The notes: generated from the sequence alone by a model not told the origin. A stretch of 60,378 nucleotides of DNA from Candidatus Limnocylindrales bacterium (GCA_046599085.1 JBKJHI010000066.1:1-60378), one strand, 5' to 3'; numbered from the stretch's first letter, positions 43,310-58,460 are shown. Translations and numbers: made by a program.

Positions 43310-43418
43310 GAGCGCGCGGCGCGGGCCATCGTTCGTGGGAAGATAGGGACCGAGCGCACCGGCGGCCGACGGGGATGGGTCGCCAGCCGCGCGGCCCTGC
43401 GTCACAAGGAGCCAGTCG

Positions 43419-44753
43419 ATGACGATCTCGAACGCGCGCGGCCTCGCGATGGAGTCGATCGCCGAGCTTGACCCGGTGCTGTGGGAGGCGATGGAGGGCG
43501 AGCGCCGACGGCAGCACGACAACATCGAGCTGATCGCCAGCGAGAACTACGTGTCCGCCGCCGTCATGGAGGCGCAGGGCAGCTGGCTGACCAACAAGTA
43601 CGCGGAAGGCCTGCCGGGCAAGCGCTACTACGGCGGCTGCGAGTTCGTCGACGTGGCCGAGACCCTGGCCCAGGAACGGGCACTCGCGCTGTACCCGGGG
43701 GCCGAGCACGTCAATGTCCAGCCCCACTCCGGTGCGCAGGCCAACATGGCGGCCTACTTCTCCGTGCTCAAGCCCGGCGACCGGATCCTGGGCATGAACC
43801 TCGCCCACGGCGGCCACCTGACCCACGGCATGGCCTTGAACTTCAGCGGCAAGCTCTACGAGGTCCACGCCTACGGCGTGCGCCAGGATACGGAGCGGAT
43901 CGACTACGACGCGATGGAGGCGCAGGCTGCGGAGGTCCGCCCCAAGCTCATCGTGGGCGGCGCGAGTGCGTATCCGCGGACCTGGGACTTCGAGCGGATG
44001 GCGGCCATCGCCCACGGCGTCGGAGCGCTGCTGTTCGTCGACATGGCCCACGTCGCCGGGCTCGTGGCGGCGGGCGTGCACCCGAGCCCGTTCCCCCACG
44101 CCGACATCGTCACGACGACGACCCATAAGACCCTGCGCGGGCCGCGCGGCGGGATGATCTTCGCCCGGCGCGAACTCCCCGAGGGGATCGATGCCGCCGA
44201 TTTCCCCGCGCTCAAGGGCTCGCTCGGCGCAGCCATCGACAAGACGGTCTTCCCGGGCGTCCAGGGTGGGCCGCTCATGCAGGTCATCGCCGGCAAGGCC
44301 GTCGCGTTCAAGCTCGCGGCCGAGGAGCCGTTCCGCGAGGATCAGCGACGGACCGTGGAGAACGCGCAGGAACTTGCCAGGACTCTCGCCGACCTCGGGG
44401 CGCGGGTCGTGTCGGGCGGCACGGACAACCACCTGATGCTCGTGGACGTCACGCCGCTCGGGGTCACGGGCAAGGAGGCGGAGCACCTGCTTGACGAGAT
44501 CGGCATCACCGTCAACAAGAACGGGATCCCGTTCGATCAGCACCCGCCCAATACCGCCAGCGGCATCCGCCTGGGCACGCCGGCCACCACGTCCCGTGGC
44601 TTCGGCACGGAGGAGATGCGGTCCATCGGACGGATCATCATCGAGGCCATCCGCGACCGGGATGACGCCGCCGCCCAGCGCCGGCTCGCGGCTGAGGTCC
44701 GCGAGATCGTCGGGCGGTTCCCGGTGCCGGGCCTCGCCACTCGGGAGGCATGA
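43419..44753 (+). CDS. glyA: Serine hydroxymethyltransferase
   Basis: [44 protein letters not shown]. Confidence 0.98.
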   Translation: MTISNARGLAMESIAELDPVLWEAMEGERRRQHDNIELIASENYVSAAVMEAQGSWLTNKYAEGLPGKRYYGGCEFVDVAETLAQERALALYPGAEHVNVQPHSGAQANMAAYFSVLKPGDRILGMNLAHGGHLTHGMALNFSGKLYEVHAYGVRQDTERIDYDAMEAQAAEVRPKLIVGGASAYPRTWDFERMAAIAHGVGALLFVDMAHVAGLVAAGVHPSPFPHADIVTTTTHKTLRGPRGGMIFARRELPEGIDAADFPALKGSLGAAIDKTVFPGVQGGPLMQVIAGKAVAFKLAAEEPFREDQRRTVENAQELARTLADLGARVVSGGTDNHLMLVDVTPLGVTGKEAEHLLDEIGITVNKNGIPFDQHPPNTASGIRLGTPATTSRGFGTEEMRSIGRIIIEAIRDRDDAAAQRRLAAEVREIVGRFPVPGLATREA

Positions 44754-44760
44754 ACACGGC

Positions 44761-45873
44761 GTGAACTTCATCGAGGGGGTCGGATCGAGCATCGGCCCCA
44801 TCGTCGTCGCCTTCCTCGCGGCGGCGGCGATCGCGTTCCTGCTGACGCCAGTCGTCCGGCGCCTCGTCCTGCGCCACGACGTCGTCGATCGACCCGACGC
44901 CCGCCGCGTTAACGTGACCCCGATCCCCCGCGCCGGCGGCATCGCCGTCGCCGCCGCGTTCCTCTCGGTCGCTGCCGTGTTCGTCTATCTCAACGGGATG
45001 GCCGAGTGGGTGCCCGTTCCACTCACGCTGACGGGCAACGACCTCATCGCCCTGTTCGTCGGCGGCGGGCTGGCGGCGGGGCTCGGCGCGATCGATGACC
45101 TGCTCGACCTGCGCGCCCGCTGGCAGCTCGCCGGGCAGGTCGTGCTGGCGCTGCTGGCCGTCTTCCTGGGCGTCGTGATCGAGTTCATCGCGAACCCGTT
45201 CGGCGACGGGGTCATCCGGTTCGACGGCGCGTTCGCGGCCGGATTCTCGATCTTCTGGATCGTGGGCATGATCAACAGCATCAACTGGATCGACGGCCTG
45301 GACGGCCTGTCGAGCGGCGTCGCGCTCGTCGCGTGCGTGACGCTGGGGCTGATCAGCCTCACGACGCAGGTCGGCCAGCCGCTCATCGCCGTGCTGTGCT
45401 TCGCCCTCGCGGGCGCGCTGCTCGGGTTCCTGCGCTGGAACTTCCACCCGGCGACGATCTTCACCGGGACCAGCGGGGTCCAGTTCGTGGGCTACACCCT
45501 CGCCGTGCTGTCGATCCTGGGGTCCGCCAAGGTCGCCGTCGCGCTGCTCGTCCTGGGCGTGCCGATCCTCGATACCTTCTGGATCATCGTCCGGCGCGCC
45601 AGCGAGGGTCGCTCGCCGTTCAGCCCGGACCGGTCGCACATCCACCACCGATTGCTGGATCTGGGCCTGTCCCATCGCTCGACCGTGGTGGTCATCTACG
45701 TCATCTGCGCGTCGCTGGGCCTGATCGCCCTGCTGCTGTCCCAGGTGACACAGCTGTACGCGTTCCTGGGTGTGTTCGTCCTGTCGGGGTTGGTGCTGTT
45801 CGTGCCGACGCGCGGGGCCTTCCGCCGGCCCGCGGAACTGGAAGCAGAGGCGTACGAGCCGGACCCGGGCTGA
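44761..45873 (+). CDS. MraY/WecA/TagO family undecaprenyl-phosphate GlcNAc-1-P transferase
   Basis: PIPRAGG, GAIDD, NWIDGLDGL, GFLRWNFHPATIF, DRSHIHHRL. Confidence 0.9.
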   Translation: MNFIEGVGSSIGPIVVAFLAAAAIAFLLTPVVRRLVLRHDVVDRPDARRVNVTPIPRAGGIAVAAAFLSVAAVFVYLNGMAEWVPVPLTLTGNDLIALFVGGGLAAGLGAIDDLLDLRARWQLAGQVVLALLAVFLGVVIEFIANPFGDGVIRFDGAFAAGFSIFWIVGMINSINWIDGLDGLSSGVALVACVTLGLISLTTQVGQPLIAVLCFALAGALLGFLRWNFHPATIFTGTSGVQFVGYTLAVLSILGSAKVAVALLVLGVPILDTFWIIVRRASEGRSPFSPDRSHIHHRLLDLGLSHRSTVVVIYVICASLGLIALLLSQVTQLYAFLGVFVLSGLVLFVPTRGAFRRPAELEAEAYEPDPG

Positions 45874-45982
45874 GCGGCCACGCACCCTCGCCACGCACCG
45901 GCGCCGCACGAGACGTGCTCGCTGGAGGTTGCCGGACGGTCGCGGTCACCTGCTACACTACGGGCGCCTTGACAGGTCGCCC

Positions 45983-46204
45983 ATGAACGAGCCTGGCCGA
46001 GGGCTTGCCTACGCAGCCCTCTTCTCTGAGATCGGGATCACCCTTCTGGTGACGACGCTCGCCGGAACGCTCGGTGGCTACCTGCTCGATCAGCGGCTCG
46101 GGACCATCCCGATCTTCGCCATCACCGGCTTTCTGGCCGGCGGCGGGATAGGGGCCTGGGCGATCTACAAGCTTGTGAGTCGCTTTCTCGCGACGATCGA
46201 ATGA
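45983..46204 (+). CDS. AtpZ/AtpI family (ATPase gene 1) protein
   Basis: Two TM helices with GYLLDQRLGT.P, first gene of the atp operon. TGCTACACT extended -10 at 45951-45959. Confidence 0.82.
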   Translation: MNEPGRGLAYAALFSEIGITLLVTTLAGTLGGYLLDQRLGTIPIFAITGFLAGGGIGAWAIYKLVSRFLATIE

Positions 46205-46285
46205 CGAACGGCCGGTCAGCTACCGACCGGCCCCGGGACAAGACCGAGCGCGGCGAGATGCCGCGCTCCTGTGTGTGGAGCGAGC

Positions 46286-47302
46286 GTGACGAGCGACCAG
46301 ACCGCCGCGATGGAGGCACCCGCCCCGACGGGTGGCAGCCGCAGGAACAAGGTCCTGCTGGCCATCGTGCTCGTGATCGCAGCGAACGTGGCGGCCTTCG
46401 TCTTCTTTCCGCCGTTCAACAAGGAAGCCCCGACCGAGGCATGCAACTACCCGGTCTGCTTCATCAACGGGACCCTGGAACTGCCCGCCCCGCACGTCGT
46501 GTGGCCGGCCGGACACAGCGCCCCCGCTGACCTCGTGACATGGGACATCAGCATCTCGAGCTCGATCTTCACGATGTGGATCATCACGATCGTCCTCATC
46601 GTGGTCGTGATCGGCATGACCCGCGGCCGTGCCATGGTCCCGGGACGGATGCAGAACGCGATCGAGGCCCTGTACGAGGGCCTGCAGAGCTTCGCGATGT
46701 CGCTCGGCGGTCCGGCGGCGAAGCCGTACATCCCTCTCTTCGTGACGTTGTTCATCTACATCCTGGCCAGCAACTGGAGCGGCCTGCTGCCGTTCGTCGG
46801 TCGCATCGAGCTGTTCCGGGCGCCGACGAGCGACGTGAACATCACGGTCGGCCTCGCCCTGGTCAGCTTCGTGATCTTCCACATCGAGGGCTTCCGCGTC
46901 CTCGGATTCAGCGGCTACCTCAGCAAGTTCTTCCCGGTGCGCGAGTTCAAGAACGGCGTCGGCGCCGGGGTCATCGCGATGTTCGTCGGCCTGGTCGAGC
47001 TCATGCTCGAGTTCGTCAAGCCCCTGACCCTGTCGATGCGCCTCTTCGGCAACATCTATGGCGGCGAGGTCGCCCTTGGTGTCATCCTCGCCCTGACCAT
47101 CACGGTCATCCCCCTCGCGATCTATGGCCTGGAGTTGATGCTCAACCTGGTCCAGGCCCTCATCTTCAGCGTCCTCACCCTCATGTTCATCCTCGCCGCC
47201 ATCGAAGGGCATCACGCGGATGACGAGCACCACAAGGGCGAGCCGGTCGCCACGCCGGTCGGAGTCGACGAGCTCGACGAGCTCTTCGCCCCGGCCCACT
47301 GA
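46286..47302 (+). CDS. atpB: ATP synthase F0 subunit a
   Basis: PGRMQNAIE, NWSGLLP, APTSDVN, KPLTLSMRLFGNIYGGE, VQALIFSVLT. Confidence 0.95.
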   Translation: MTSDQTAAMEAPAPTGGSRRNKVLLAIVLVIAANVAAFVFFPPFNKEAPTEACNYPVCFINGTLELPAPHVVWPAGHSAPADLVTWDISISSSIFTMWIITIVLIVVVIGMTRGRAMVPGRMQNAIEALYEGLQSFAMSLGGPAAKPYIPLFVTLFIYILASNWSGLLPFVGRIELFRAPTSDVNITVGLALVSFVIFHIEGFRVLGFSGYLSKFFPVREFKNGVGAGVIAMFVGLVELMLEFVKPLTLSMRLFGNIYGGEVALGVILALTITVIPLAIYGLELMLNLVQALIFSVLTLMFILAAIEGHHADDEHHKGEPVATPVGVDELDELFAPAH

Positions 47303-47368
47303 CCGACCACCGACCACGGTCCCAATGATCCCGGGCCCAACCCCCGGGGAGTAGGAGGAACACCTCGA

Positions 47369-47593
47369 ATGGAACTCATCGGCGCAGGTCTGGCCGCTCT
47401 CGGCGTCATCGGCCCCGGCATCGGCATCGGCATCCTGGGCGGCATGTCGTCCAGCGCCATCGGGCGCAATCCTGACGCGGCGGGCCAGATCCGCGGCCTC
47501 GCGATCATCCTCGCGGCCTTCGCAGAAGGCCTCGGCGTCCTCGCGGTCGTCGTCGGTCTGCTGATCGTCTTCCTGAACCCGGCCGCCGCCTAG
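47369..47593 (+). CDS. atpE: ATP synthase F0 subunit c
   Basis: GPGIGIG, RNP loop, FAEGL (H+-type; no Na+ ES/T motif). Confidence 0.95.
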   Translation: MELIGAGLAALGVIGPGIGIGILGGMSSSAIGRNPDAAGQIRGLAIILAAFAEGLGVLAVVVGLLIVFLNPAAA

Positions 47594-47614
47594 GCCCCGG
47601 GGGAGGAGCACATC

Positions 47615-48193
47615 GTGGAGATCCTGGCTGTCGCCGCCGGCGCGGTCGGTGGCAGCATCGCCCTGACTGCCGAGGGAGGGGCCGAAGCGGCTGGTCTGTC
47701 GATCAACCTGTTCTGGGTTCTCGTCAGTGCCATCAACTTCCTCGTCCTCCTGGCGATCCTGTGGGCGTTCGCGTTCAAGCCGCTGGCCAAGACGCTGGAC
47801 GACCGCAAGGCCGCCATCGAACAGGGCCTGAAGGACGCCGAGCAGGCTCGTCGCGACCGCGAAAGCGCCGAATCAGAGCGTGTCGCCACGCTCGCCGAGG
47901 CGCGCAAGGAAGCGAGCGCGATCCTGGCCCGTGCCCAGAAGGTCGCCCAGGAAAGTCGCGACATGGACATCGCCGCGACCCGCGAGGAGCTCGAGCGCAT
48001 GCGCGTTCGCGCGACTGCGGAGATCGAGGCGGAGAAGACACGCGCCATCGGTGAGCTTCGTGGCGAGGTCGCTGACCTTGCCCTGGCGGCCGCCGGTCGC
48101 GTCGTCGGCGAGACGATGAACGATGACCGCCAGCGGCGGCTCGTCCAGGACTTCCTTGCCGACGCGGACCTCAGCGGCGACCGGAGCAACTGA
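47615..48193 (+). CDS. atpF: ATP synthase F0 subunit b
   Basis: INFLVLLAILWAFAFKPL..LDDRK followed by a coiled coil. Confidence 0.94.
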   Translation: MEILAVAAGAVGGSIALTAEGGAEAAGLSINLFWVLVSAINFLVLLAILWAFAFKPLAKTLDDRKAAIEQGLKDAEQARRDRESAESERVATLAEARKEASAILARAQKVAQESRDMDIAATREELERMRVRATAEIEAEKTRAIGELRGEVADLALAAAGRVVGETMNDDRQRRLVQDFLADADLSGDRSN

Positions 48194-48738
48194 TGGCCCG
48201 TCGAGAATCGGCCGCACGACGCTACGCGGAGGCGGCCTTCGAGGTCGCCACGCGTGACAACGCCATCGAGGCGTGGCGGTCCGGACTCGACGCGGTCGCG
48301 GCGCGGATCGGCGAGGACCGCGTCACGCGCGTCCTCCGAAATCCGGCCATCCCACTCGATCAACGGTCGGTCGCGCTGGCTGGCCTGCTCGACGGCTTCG
48401 CCGACGCTGGCCTGAGCAACATGATCCAGCTGCTGCTCAAGCGTGGCCGGATCGACGAACTCACCCGCGTCGCTTCGGAGTTCCGACGGCTCGACGATCG
48501 CCGGCAGGGCCTCACCCATGCCACGGTCACGAGTGCCACGCCACTCACCCCGGACGAGATCCGGGCCCTCACCGCCAGACTCGAACAGCCCACCGGCGGC
48601 CAGATCGCCCTCGAAACCGCCGTTGACGAAGGCCTCCTCGGTGGCCTCGTCGTGCGGGTCGGCGATCGGCTGATCGACGGGAGCGTCCGAGGTCGCCTGG
48701 AGCGACTGCGGAACCAGCTCACTTCGGGCGCCCTCTAG
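48193..48738 (+). CDS. atpH: ATP synthase F1 subunit delta
   Basis: ARRYAEA, TSATPL, VDEGLLGGLVVRVGDRLIDGSVRGRL. Confidence 0.95.
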   Translation: MARRESAARRYAEAAFEVATRDNAIEAWRSGLDAVAARIGEDRVTRVLRNPAIPLDQRSVALAGLLDGFADAGLSNMIQLLLKRGRIDELTRVASEFRRLDDRRQGLTHATVTSATPLTPDEIRALTARLEQPTGGQIALETAVDEGLLGGLVVRVGDRLIDGSVRGRLERLRNQLTSGAL

Positions 48739-48750
48739 GAGATCCGATCC

Positions 48751-50574
<1,824 letters not shown>

Positions 50575-50576
50575 TC

Positions 50577-52864
<2,288 letters not shown>

Positions 52865-52867
52865 GCG

Positions 52868-53296
52868 ATGGCCCTCACGCTCGAGATCGTCACGCCGGAG
52901 CGGCTTGCCTACTCGGAGGAGGTCGATTCGGTCGTGCTGCCCGGCGTCGAGGGTGAGATCGGCGTGCTGCCGCATCACGCGCCGCTCGTGTCGATGCTCG
53001 GCGTCGGCGAACTGCGCATCCGCAAGGGCGGTCAGGAGGAGTCGTTCGCCATCGTGGGCGGGTTCCTCCAGGTTCGGCCGGACAAGGTCGTGGTCATGGC
53101 CGAGACCGCGGACCTCGCCAGCGAGATCGACCTCGAGCGTGCCCAGGAAGCTCGCCGGGACGCGGAGCGTGCGCTGGAGTCCGGATACTCGGAGGGCGTG
53201 GACCTGTCCGCAGCGCGGGCCCAGCTCCAGCAGGCCCTGATGCGGATCCGAGTCGCCGAGCGGCGTCACCGTGAGGGTCCGCGGCGCCGCGGATAG
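52868..53296 (+). CDS. atpC: ATP synthase F1 subunit epsilon
   Basis: LEIVTPER, GEIGVLPHHAP, GGFLQV, IDLERA. Confidence 0.96.
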   Translation: MALTLEIVTPERLAYSEEVDSVVLPGVEGEIGVLPHHAPLVSMLGVGELRIRKGGQEESFAIVGGFLQVRPDKVVVMAETADLASEIDLERAQEARRDAERALESGYSEGVDLSAARAQLQQALMRIRVAERRHREGPRRRG

Positions 53297-53302
53297 TGCT
53301 GC

Positions 53303-54649
53303 GTGGCTGACGCCCGACCGTTCCACTGGGAGTACACGCCGGAGCCCGTCGCCCAGGAGGTGTTCCGGGTGGAGGGCGGCCGGCCGCTGTCCGGGTCCGT
53401 CCGGATCAGTGGCGCCAAGAACGCCGCGCTCAAGCTCCTGGCGGCGGCCGTCCTGACCGGTGAGCGCTGCCGCCTGACCAACGTCCCCGAGATCGAGGAC
53501 GTGCGGGTCATGGCCCAGACCCTGACCGAACTCGGGGTCGTGGTCGACCATCCGGAACCGAACGTCTACGAGGTCGCCGCAGGCGACGTCGACTGGCTGT
53601 TCGTACCGCTCGAGGCGGCCGCACGGATGCGCGCAAGCTTCATGCTCCTGGGGCCGCTCCTCACGCGATTCGGGCGAGTGATCATCAGCAACCCCGGCGG
53701 CGACCGGATCGGCCGGCGGCCGGTCAATCTGCACGTTGAGGCGATGCGCGCGCTCGGAGCGGAGATCGAGTACCGCAACGGCTACTACTACGCGGTCGCC
53801 CAGGGTCGGCTGCGCGGGGCCGAGATCACCTTCCCGTTCGTGTCCGTGATGGGCACGGAGAACGCGATCCTGGCCGCGACCCTGGCCGAGGGCAAGACGA
53901 CGATCCGCCCCGCCGCTAAGGAGCCGGAGGTCGACGACCTCATCGCGTTCCTCGTGGACATGGGTGCGGCCGTGCGACGCACGGGTGACGACACGGTCGA
54001 GGTCGTCGGGCGGAAACGCCTCCGAGGCGCCGAGCACCGGGTCGTCCCCGACCGGATCGAGGCGGGCACATTCGTCATCGCGGCGGCCGCGACCGGAGGC
54101 CGGATCACCCTTGAGGGCGCCCCATGCGACCACCTCGGCGCCTTCATCGAGACGCTGGAACGAGCCGGCGTCGGCCTCTCATGCACGGCGGACACGATCG
54201 AGGTGGACGGCACGGCGCTGCACGGGCGGGGCTTCACCGCCTGCGATATCCAGACCGCGCCGTACCCGGGACTCGCCACCGACCTCCAGCCCCCGATGTC
54301 CGTGCTGCTCACGCAGGCCGAAGGGACCTCCCACATCCACGAGACGATCTTCGAGGACCGCCTGGAGTGGCTGTCCGAGGTCGGCCGGATGGGTGCCGAT
54401 GTGACCCTCACCGATCCGCACCACGCCACGATCCGGGGCCGCACCCCGTTGCGTGGCGCGGAGGTGGAGATCGGTGACCTGCGGGCCGGAGCCTCCCTCA
54501 TCCTTGCGGCGCTGGCCGCGGAGGGCACCACGACGATCCACGGTGCGCACCACGTTCACCGGGGCTATGAGAACATCGACGGTAAGTTCCTGGGTCTCGG
54601 CGCCAGGATCGAACGCCGCGCAGAAGGGAATGACGCGAGCAGCTCATGA
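53303..54649 (+). CDS. murA: UDP-N-acetylglucosamine 1-carboxyvinyltransferase (Asp-type active site)
   Basis: [55 protein letters not shown]. Confidence 0.96.
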   Translation: MADARPFHWEYTPEPVAQEVFRVEGGRPLSGSVRISGAKNAALKLLAAAVLTGERCRLTNVPEIEDVRVMAQTLTELGVVVDHPEPNVYEVAAGDVDWLFVPLEAAARMRASFMLLGPLLTRFGRVIISNPGGDRIGRRPVNLHVEAMRALGAEIEYRNGYYYAVAQGRLRGAEITFPFVSVMGTENAILAATLAEGKTTIRPAAKEPEVDDLIAFLVDMGAAVRRTGDDTVEVVGRKRLRGAEHRVVPDRIEAGTFVIAAAATGGRITLEGAPCDHLGAFIETLERAGVGLSCTADTIEVDGTALHGRGFTACDIQTAPYPGLATDLQPPMSVLLTQAEGTSHIHETIFEDRLEWLSEVGRMGADVTLTDPHHATIRGRTPLRGAEVEIGDLRAGASLILAALAAEGTTTIHGAHHVHRGYENIDGKFLGLGARIERRAEGNDASSS

Positions 54650-55644
54650 AGATCGGAATCGACCTCGGGACGGCCAATGTCCTGGTCTACGTCAAGGGCA
54701 AGGGCATCGTGATCACGGAACCGTCCGTCGTCGCGGTCAGCGACGACAACCGGATCGTGGCCGTCGGCGAGGAAGCGCGCGAGATGATCGGGCGCACCCC
54801 CGGCAACATCCAGGCCATCCGCCCGATGAAGGACGGCGTCATCGCCGACTACGTCATCACGGAGGCGATGCTGCGCTTCTTCATCCGCAAGGCGACCAAG
54901 GGGAGCATCGGCTTCAGCCGGCCGGAGGTGATGATCTCCGTCCCCGCCGGCGTGACCTCGGTCGAGAAGCGGGCCGTGCGTGACGCCGCGCTCAAGGCCG
55001 GGGCCAAGGAAGCGTTCCTGATCGAGGAGCCGCTCGCGGCCGCGATCGGGGCGAACGTGCCCATCAGCGGCCCCTCCGGGAACATGATCATCGACATCGG
55101 GGGCGGGACCTCGGAGATCGCCGTCATCGCCCTGGGCGGGATCGTCGTCTCGCACTCCCTGCGCGTCGGCGGCAACAAGTTCGACGACTCCATCGCCACG
55201 TACATCCGCAAGAAGTACAACCTCATGGTCGGCGAGCGGACGGCCGAAGAGGTCAAGATCCAGATCGGGACGGCGTTGCCGCTCGAGCGCGAGCTGACCA
55301 TGGAGGTCCGCGGCCGAGATCTCATCGCCGGTTTGCCCCGGACGATCCCGATCACCTCGTCGGAGGTCATGGAGGCTATCGAGGCCCCGCTCCAGCAGCT
55401 CGTGGCGGCCGTCCGGTCCGTCCTCGAGCAGACGCCCCCGGAGCTGTCGAGCGACATCATCGACAAGGGCATGGTCATGTCGGGTGGCGGCGCGATGCTG
55501 CGCAACGTCGACAAGCTGCTCACCCAGGTCACCGGTGTCCCGTGCCACGTCGCGGAGAACCCGCTCGACTGCGTGGCGCTGGGGACCGGCATCGCGCTCG
55601 AGCACTTCGACTTCTTCAAGAAGTCCCTCGTCCAGTCGATCTAG
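54646..55644 (+). CDS. mreB: Rod shape-determining actin MreB/Mbl
   Basis: [48 protein letters not shown]. Confidence 0.95.
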   Translation: MKIGIDLGTANVLVYVKGKGIVITEPSVVAVSDDNRIVAVGEEAREMIGRTPGNIQAIRPMKDGVIADYVITEAMLRFFIRKATKGSIGFSRPEVMISVPAGVTSVEKRAVRDAALKAGAKEAFLIEEPLAAAIGANVPISGPSGNMIIDIGGGTSEIAVIALGGIVVSHSLRVGGNKFDDSIATYIRKKYNLMVGERTAEEVKIQIGTALPLERELTMEVRGRDLIAGLPRTIPITSSEVMEAIEAPLQQLVAAVRSVLEQTPPELSSDIIDKGMVMSGGGAMLRNVDKLLTQVTGVPCHVAENPLDCVALGTGIALEHFDFFKKSLVQSI

Positions 55645-55655
55645 GTCGACGGCGC

Positions 55656-56351
55656 GTGCCGGACCGGGCGTTCATCGATCTGCATTGCCATACGAGTGCG
55701 AGCTTCGACTGCCTGTCACGACCGCGCGACGTCGTCCGCGCTGCCGCGGACCGGGGCCTGACTCACCTCGTCATCACCGACCACGACCGCATCGACGGTG
55801 CGCTGGAGGCCCGGGCGGCGGCTCCGGCGTCGCTGACCGTGATCGTCGGCGAGGAAGTCCGCACGTCCGACGGGGATCTCATCTGCGTCTTCCTCGAGCG
55901 TGCGATCGCCCCGGGGATGTCCGCGACGGAGACGGTCGCCGCGGTCCGCGAGCAGGGCGGGCTCGTGGGCATCCCGCACCCGTTCGATCGCACGCGCGGC
56001 TCCATGCTGCTCGACCCGCGGATGGTCGCGGTCGCCGCCGAGGTGGACTGGGTCGAGATCCACAACGCGCGGCTCGTCGGTGGCGGCAACGAGCGAGCCG
56101 CAGCCTTCGCCCGGGAGCACGGTCTGGCCGGGGTGGCCGTGTCGGACGCGCATTCCGTGCTCGAGGTGGGCGTCGCCTACACCTCGCTCGATGGTGACCC
56201 GTCCACGCCTGCCGGGCTGCTCGCGGCGTTGCCCGATGCGACCATCGTGGCCGGGCGCGCGACGTACGCGGTCCGCCTGTGGACGCCCGTGGCCAAGGTC
56301 GTCCAGGCGCTGCGCGGGCACGGTCGCATCCGGCCGACGAAGCCGTCGTGA
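55656..56351 (+). CDS. PHP domain metal-dependent phosphoesterase
   Basis: IDLHCHT..S.D, ITDHD, GEEV, PHPFD, SDAH. Confidence 0.9.
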   Translation: MPDRAFIDLHCHTSASFDCLSRPRDVVRAAADRGLTHLVITDHDRIDGALEARAAAPASLTVIVGEEVRTSDGDLICVFLERAIAPGMSATETVAAVREQGGLVGIPHPFDRTRGSMLLDPRMVAVAAEVDWVEIHNARLVGGGNERAAAFAREHGLAGVAVSDAHSVLEVGVAYTSLDGDPSTPAGLLAALPDATIVAGRATYAVRLWTPVAKVVQALRGHGRIRPTKPS

Positions 56352-57484
56352 GCGGTCCGACGGACGGGCAGGACCTTCGGCCCGTGGGCGACGCGGGGGC
56401 TGAGGCGGTATCGTCGGCCGCGATGGACACCATGCAGGACGCTGAGGCCGGGCAGATGTCGCTGGCCGCGCGTCTGCGACAGCCGCGGACGATCATCTCG
56501 ATCGCGATCCCGCTGATCATCATCGGGTTCTTCGTCGCGCTCAACGGCGACCAACTCTCGAAGGTGCCGGGCCTCGTGCTGAACGCGAACCCGCTGCTCA
56601 TCCTGGCGGCCTTTGCGGTGTTCTATGCCGGTTTCCCGTTGCGTGGCCTGCGCTGGGCCAGCCTGTTGCGCGGCACGGGGATGCGCATCCCCGTCAAGGA
56701 CTCGACTGAGATCATCCTGCTGTCCTGGCTCGTGAACTGCGTCGTGCCGGCGAAGCTCGGCGACGTCTATCGGGCCTACCTTCTGAAGATCAACTCGACG
56801 GCCTCCCTGTCGCGTACGTTCGGGACCGTGTTCATCGAGCGGGTCCTGGACCTGTTCGCGATCGCGGTCCTCGGGCTCGCCGCTGGATATTGGTCGTTCC
56901 GCGACGGGCTGCCGCCGGCGATCCAGGTCGTGTTCGGCATCGGCGTGGTCGTGGTCGTCCTGCTGGCCGCCGGCCTGCTCACGATGCGCAACTTCGGTCG
57001 CCGGATCATCACCGCGCTGCCGTTCCTCCCGCACAGGGTCCGGGAACTGTATGACCGCTTCGAGGAGGGCGTGTTCGGTGCGCTGCGCGTCCGACAGGTG
57101 CCCGGGTTGAGCCTGCTGACGGGGACCATCTGGATGACCGAGGCGCTGCGGCTGTACCTGGTCGTGCAGGCCCTCGGCTTCGCGGACGTGTCGCTCGGCC
57201 TGTCGGGGGCGGTCTTTGTCGCCCTCATCGGCTCGCTGCTCACAGCCGTGCCGCTCAGCCCAGCCGGGCTCGGCATCGTCGAAGCCGGCGTCGTCGGCGT
57301 GCTCACGGTCGCCTATGGCGTGCCACTGCCGGAGGCGACCGCGATCGCCCTTTTGGACCGGGTGATCAGCGTCTTCTCGGTCATCGTCGTGGGCTCGATC
57401 GCGTATCTGCTGTCGCGCAAGCCCAGCGGCCTAGGCCGCATCCCCGATGGGTCCGATCCGGTCGCGGCGGCCTCCCCGGTCTGA
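56348..57484 (+). CDS. Lysylphosphatidylglycerol synthase TM-region (flippase-like, UPF0104) protein
   Basis: LRGLRW, VNCVVPAKLGDVYR, IERVLD, PAGLGIVE, LDR. Confidence 0.88.
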   Translation: MSGPTDGQDLRPVGDAGAEAVSSAAMDTMQDAEAGQMSLAARLRQPRTIISIAIPLIIIGFFVALNGDQLSKVPGLVLNANPLLILAAFAVFYAGFPLRGLRWASLLRGTGMRIPVKDSTEIILLSWLVNCVVPAKLGDVYRAYLLKINSTASLSRTFGTVFIERVLDLFAIAVLGLAAGYWSFRDGLPPAIQVVFGIGVVVVVLLAAGLLTMRNFGRRIITALPFLPHRVRELYDRFEEGVFGALRVRQVPGLSLLTGTIWMTEALRLYLVVQALGFADVSLGLSGAVFVALIGSLLTAVPLSPAGLGIVEAGVVGVLTVAYGVPLPEATAIALLDRVISVFSVIVVGSIAYLLSRKPSGLGRIPDGSDPVAAASPV

Positions 57485-57773
57485 GAACGCCCCGGTGCCC
57501 GTGCCGGGCACCGCTCGCGCCCATCGCGACCAGCCAGGGTCCGGGGTCGCGGCGTACCGACGTCCTACGTGTCATCCCGTTCGACCGTCGCTGACTGCCC
57601 GGCACCCCACCGCACCGGTCCACGTGCTTGTCCGACCGTTCCACGGGTCCCCGGTGCGCGCCGGTACGAACGGGTGATATAGGCGCCACCTGCCCCAGAC
57701 CATCATCGGGGCAACGAGGCACCACCGCGCGGCACCGGCCGAACGGACCAGCCCAGGGGAGCGCCCAGGCAAC

Positions 57774-58406
57774 ATGACCACCCAAAACGGCCGAGCGTTC
57801 AACGAATGGCTTCGAACGCAGCTGAAGGCCAAGAAGATGTCGCAGCGGCAGCTGGCGCAGCAGTCAGGCGTGGATCACTCCACGATCTCCCGGCTGATCC
57901 GCGGCGATCGCATGCCGTCACTCGGCACCGCCACCAAACTGGCCCGCGGCCTGCGCGAGCTGCGTGACGATGCGGACACACCGCAGTACCTCGGACTTGT
58001 CGCCTCCGGTTCCACCAATCCGACTGCCAGGGTCGAGTACGCGCTGCGGTCCGACGAGCTCCTCTCGGAGCCACAGGTCCGCCAGATCATGGAGTACTAC
58101 CTGGCGGTCAGGATGCGCCGCTACGGGCGCACCTTCCCGTCGGATCCGGTCGGCTCCGGCGAGCGCTCGACAGAACGCGGCATGACCTCCGCCCAGGGCC
58201 GGGTCAGCGGCACGACTGCGCCGTCCGGGCCCGGTGGCACGACGCCGCGCACCAGCGCATCGAATGGGACGGCCATGGTGCCGAGCTCGGTCCGATCGCT
58301 CGGGGTCCGTCGCGTCTCCGAATCGAATGGCCCATCGGGCTACGGCGCGGCCGTCAGCACCGTCCGCACGGTCTCACGAAGCACCGGCCGAGAAGGCCGC
58401 TACTAG
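57774..58406 (+). CDS. XRE-family helix-turn-helix protein with low-complexity C-terminal tail
   Basis: MSQRQLAQQSGVDHSTISRLIRGDRMPSLGTATKL. Confidence 0.88.
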   Translation: MTTQNGRAFNEWLRTQLKAKKMSQRQLAQQSGVDHSTISRLIRGDRMPSLGTATKLARGLRELRDDADTPQYLGLVASGSTNPTARVEYALRSDELLSEPQVRQIMEYYLAVRMRRYGRTFPSDPVGSGERSTERGMTSAQGRVSGTTAPSGPGGTTPRTSASNGTAMVPSSVRSLGVRRVSESNGPSGYGAAVSTVRTVSRSTGREGRY

Positions 58407-58460
58407 CACATCTCAGGGGCACGACCCGGATAGCCCTCCACCGTCCGGGTCTCGGGGACT

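Noticed and set aside
43310-43418. ZTP, THF or glycine riboswitch before glyA
   Set aside because: The conserved words of these classes (e.g. GACUGGCG...GCCUGGG or GGAGA...CCGAAG) are not present.
46201-46530. ORF coupled to the atpZ stop (possible atpI)
   Set aside because: Hydrophilic Arg/Pro-rich translation overlapping atpB out of frame. Not AtpI-like.
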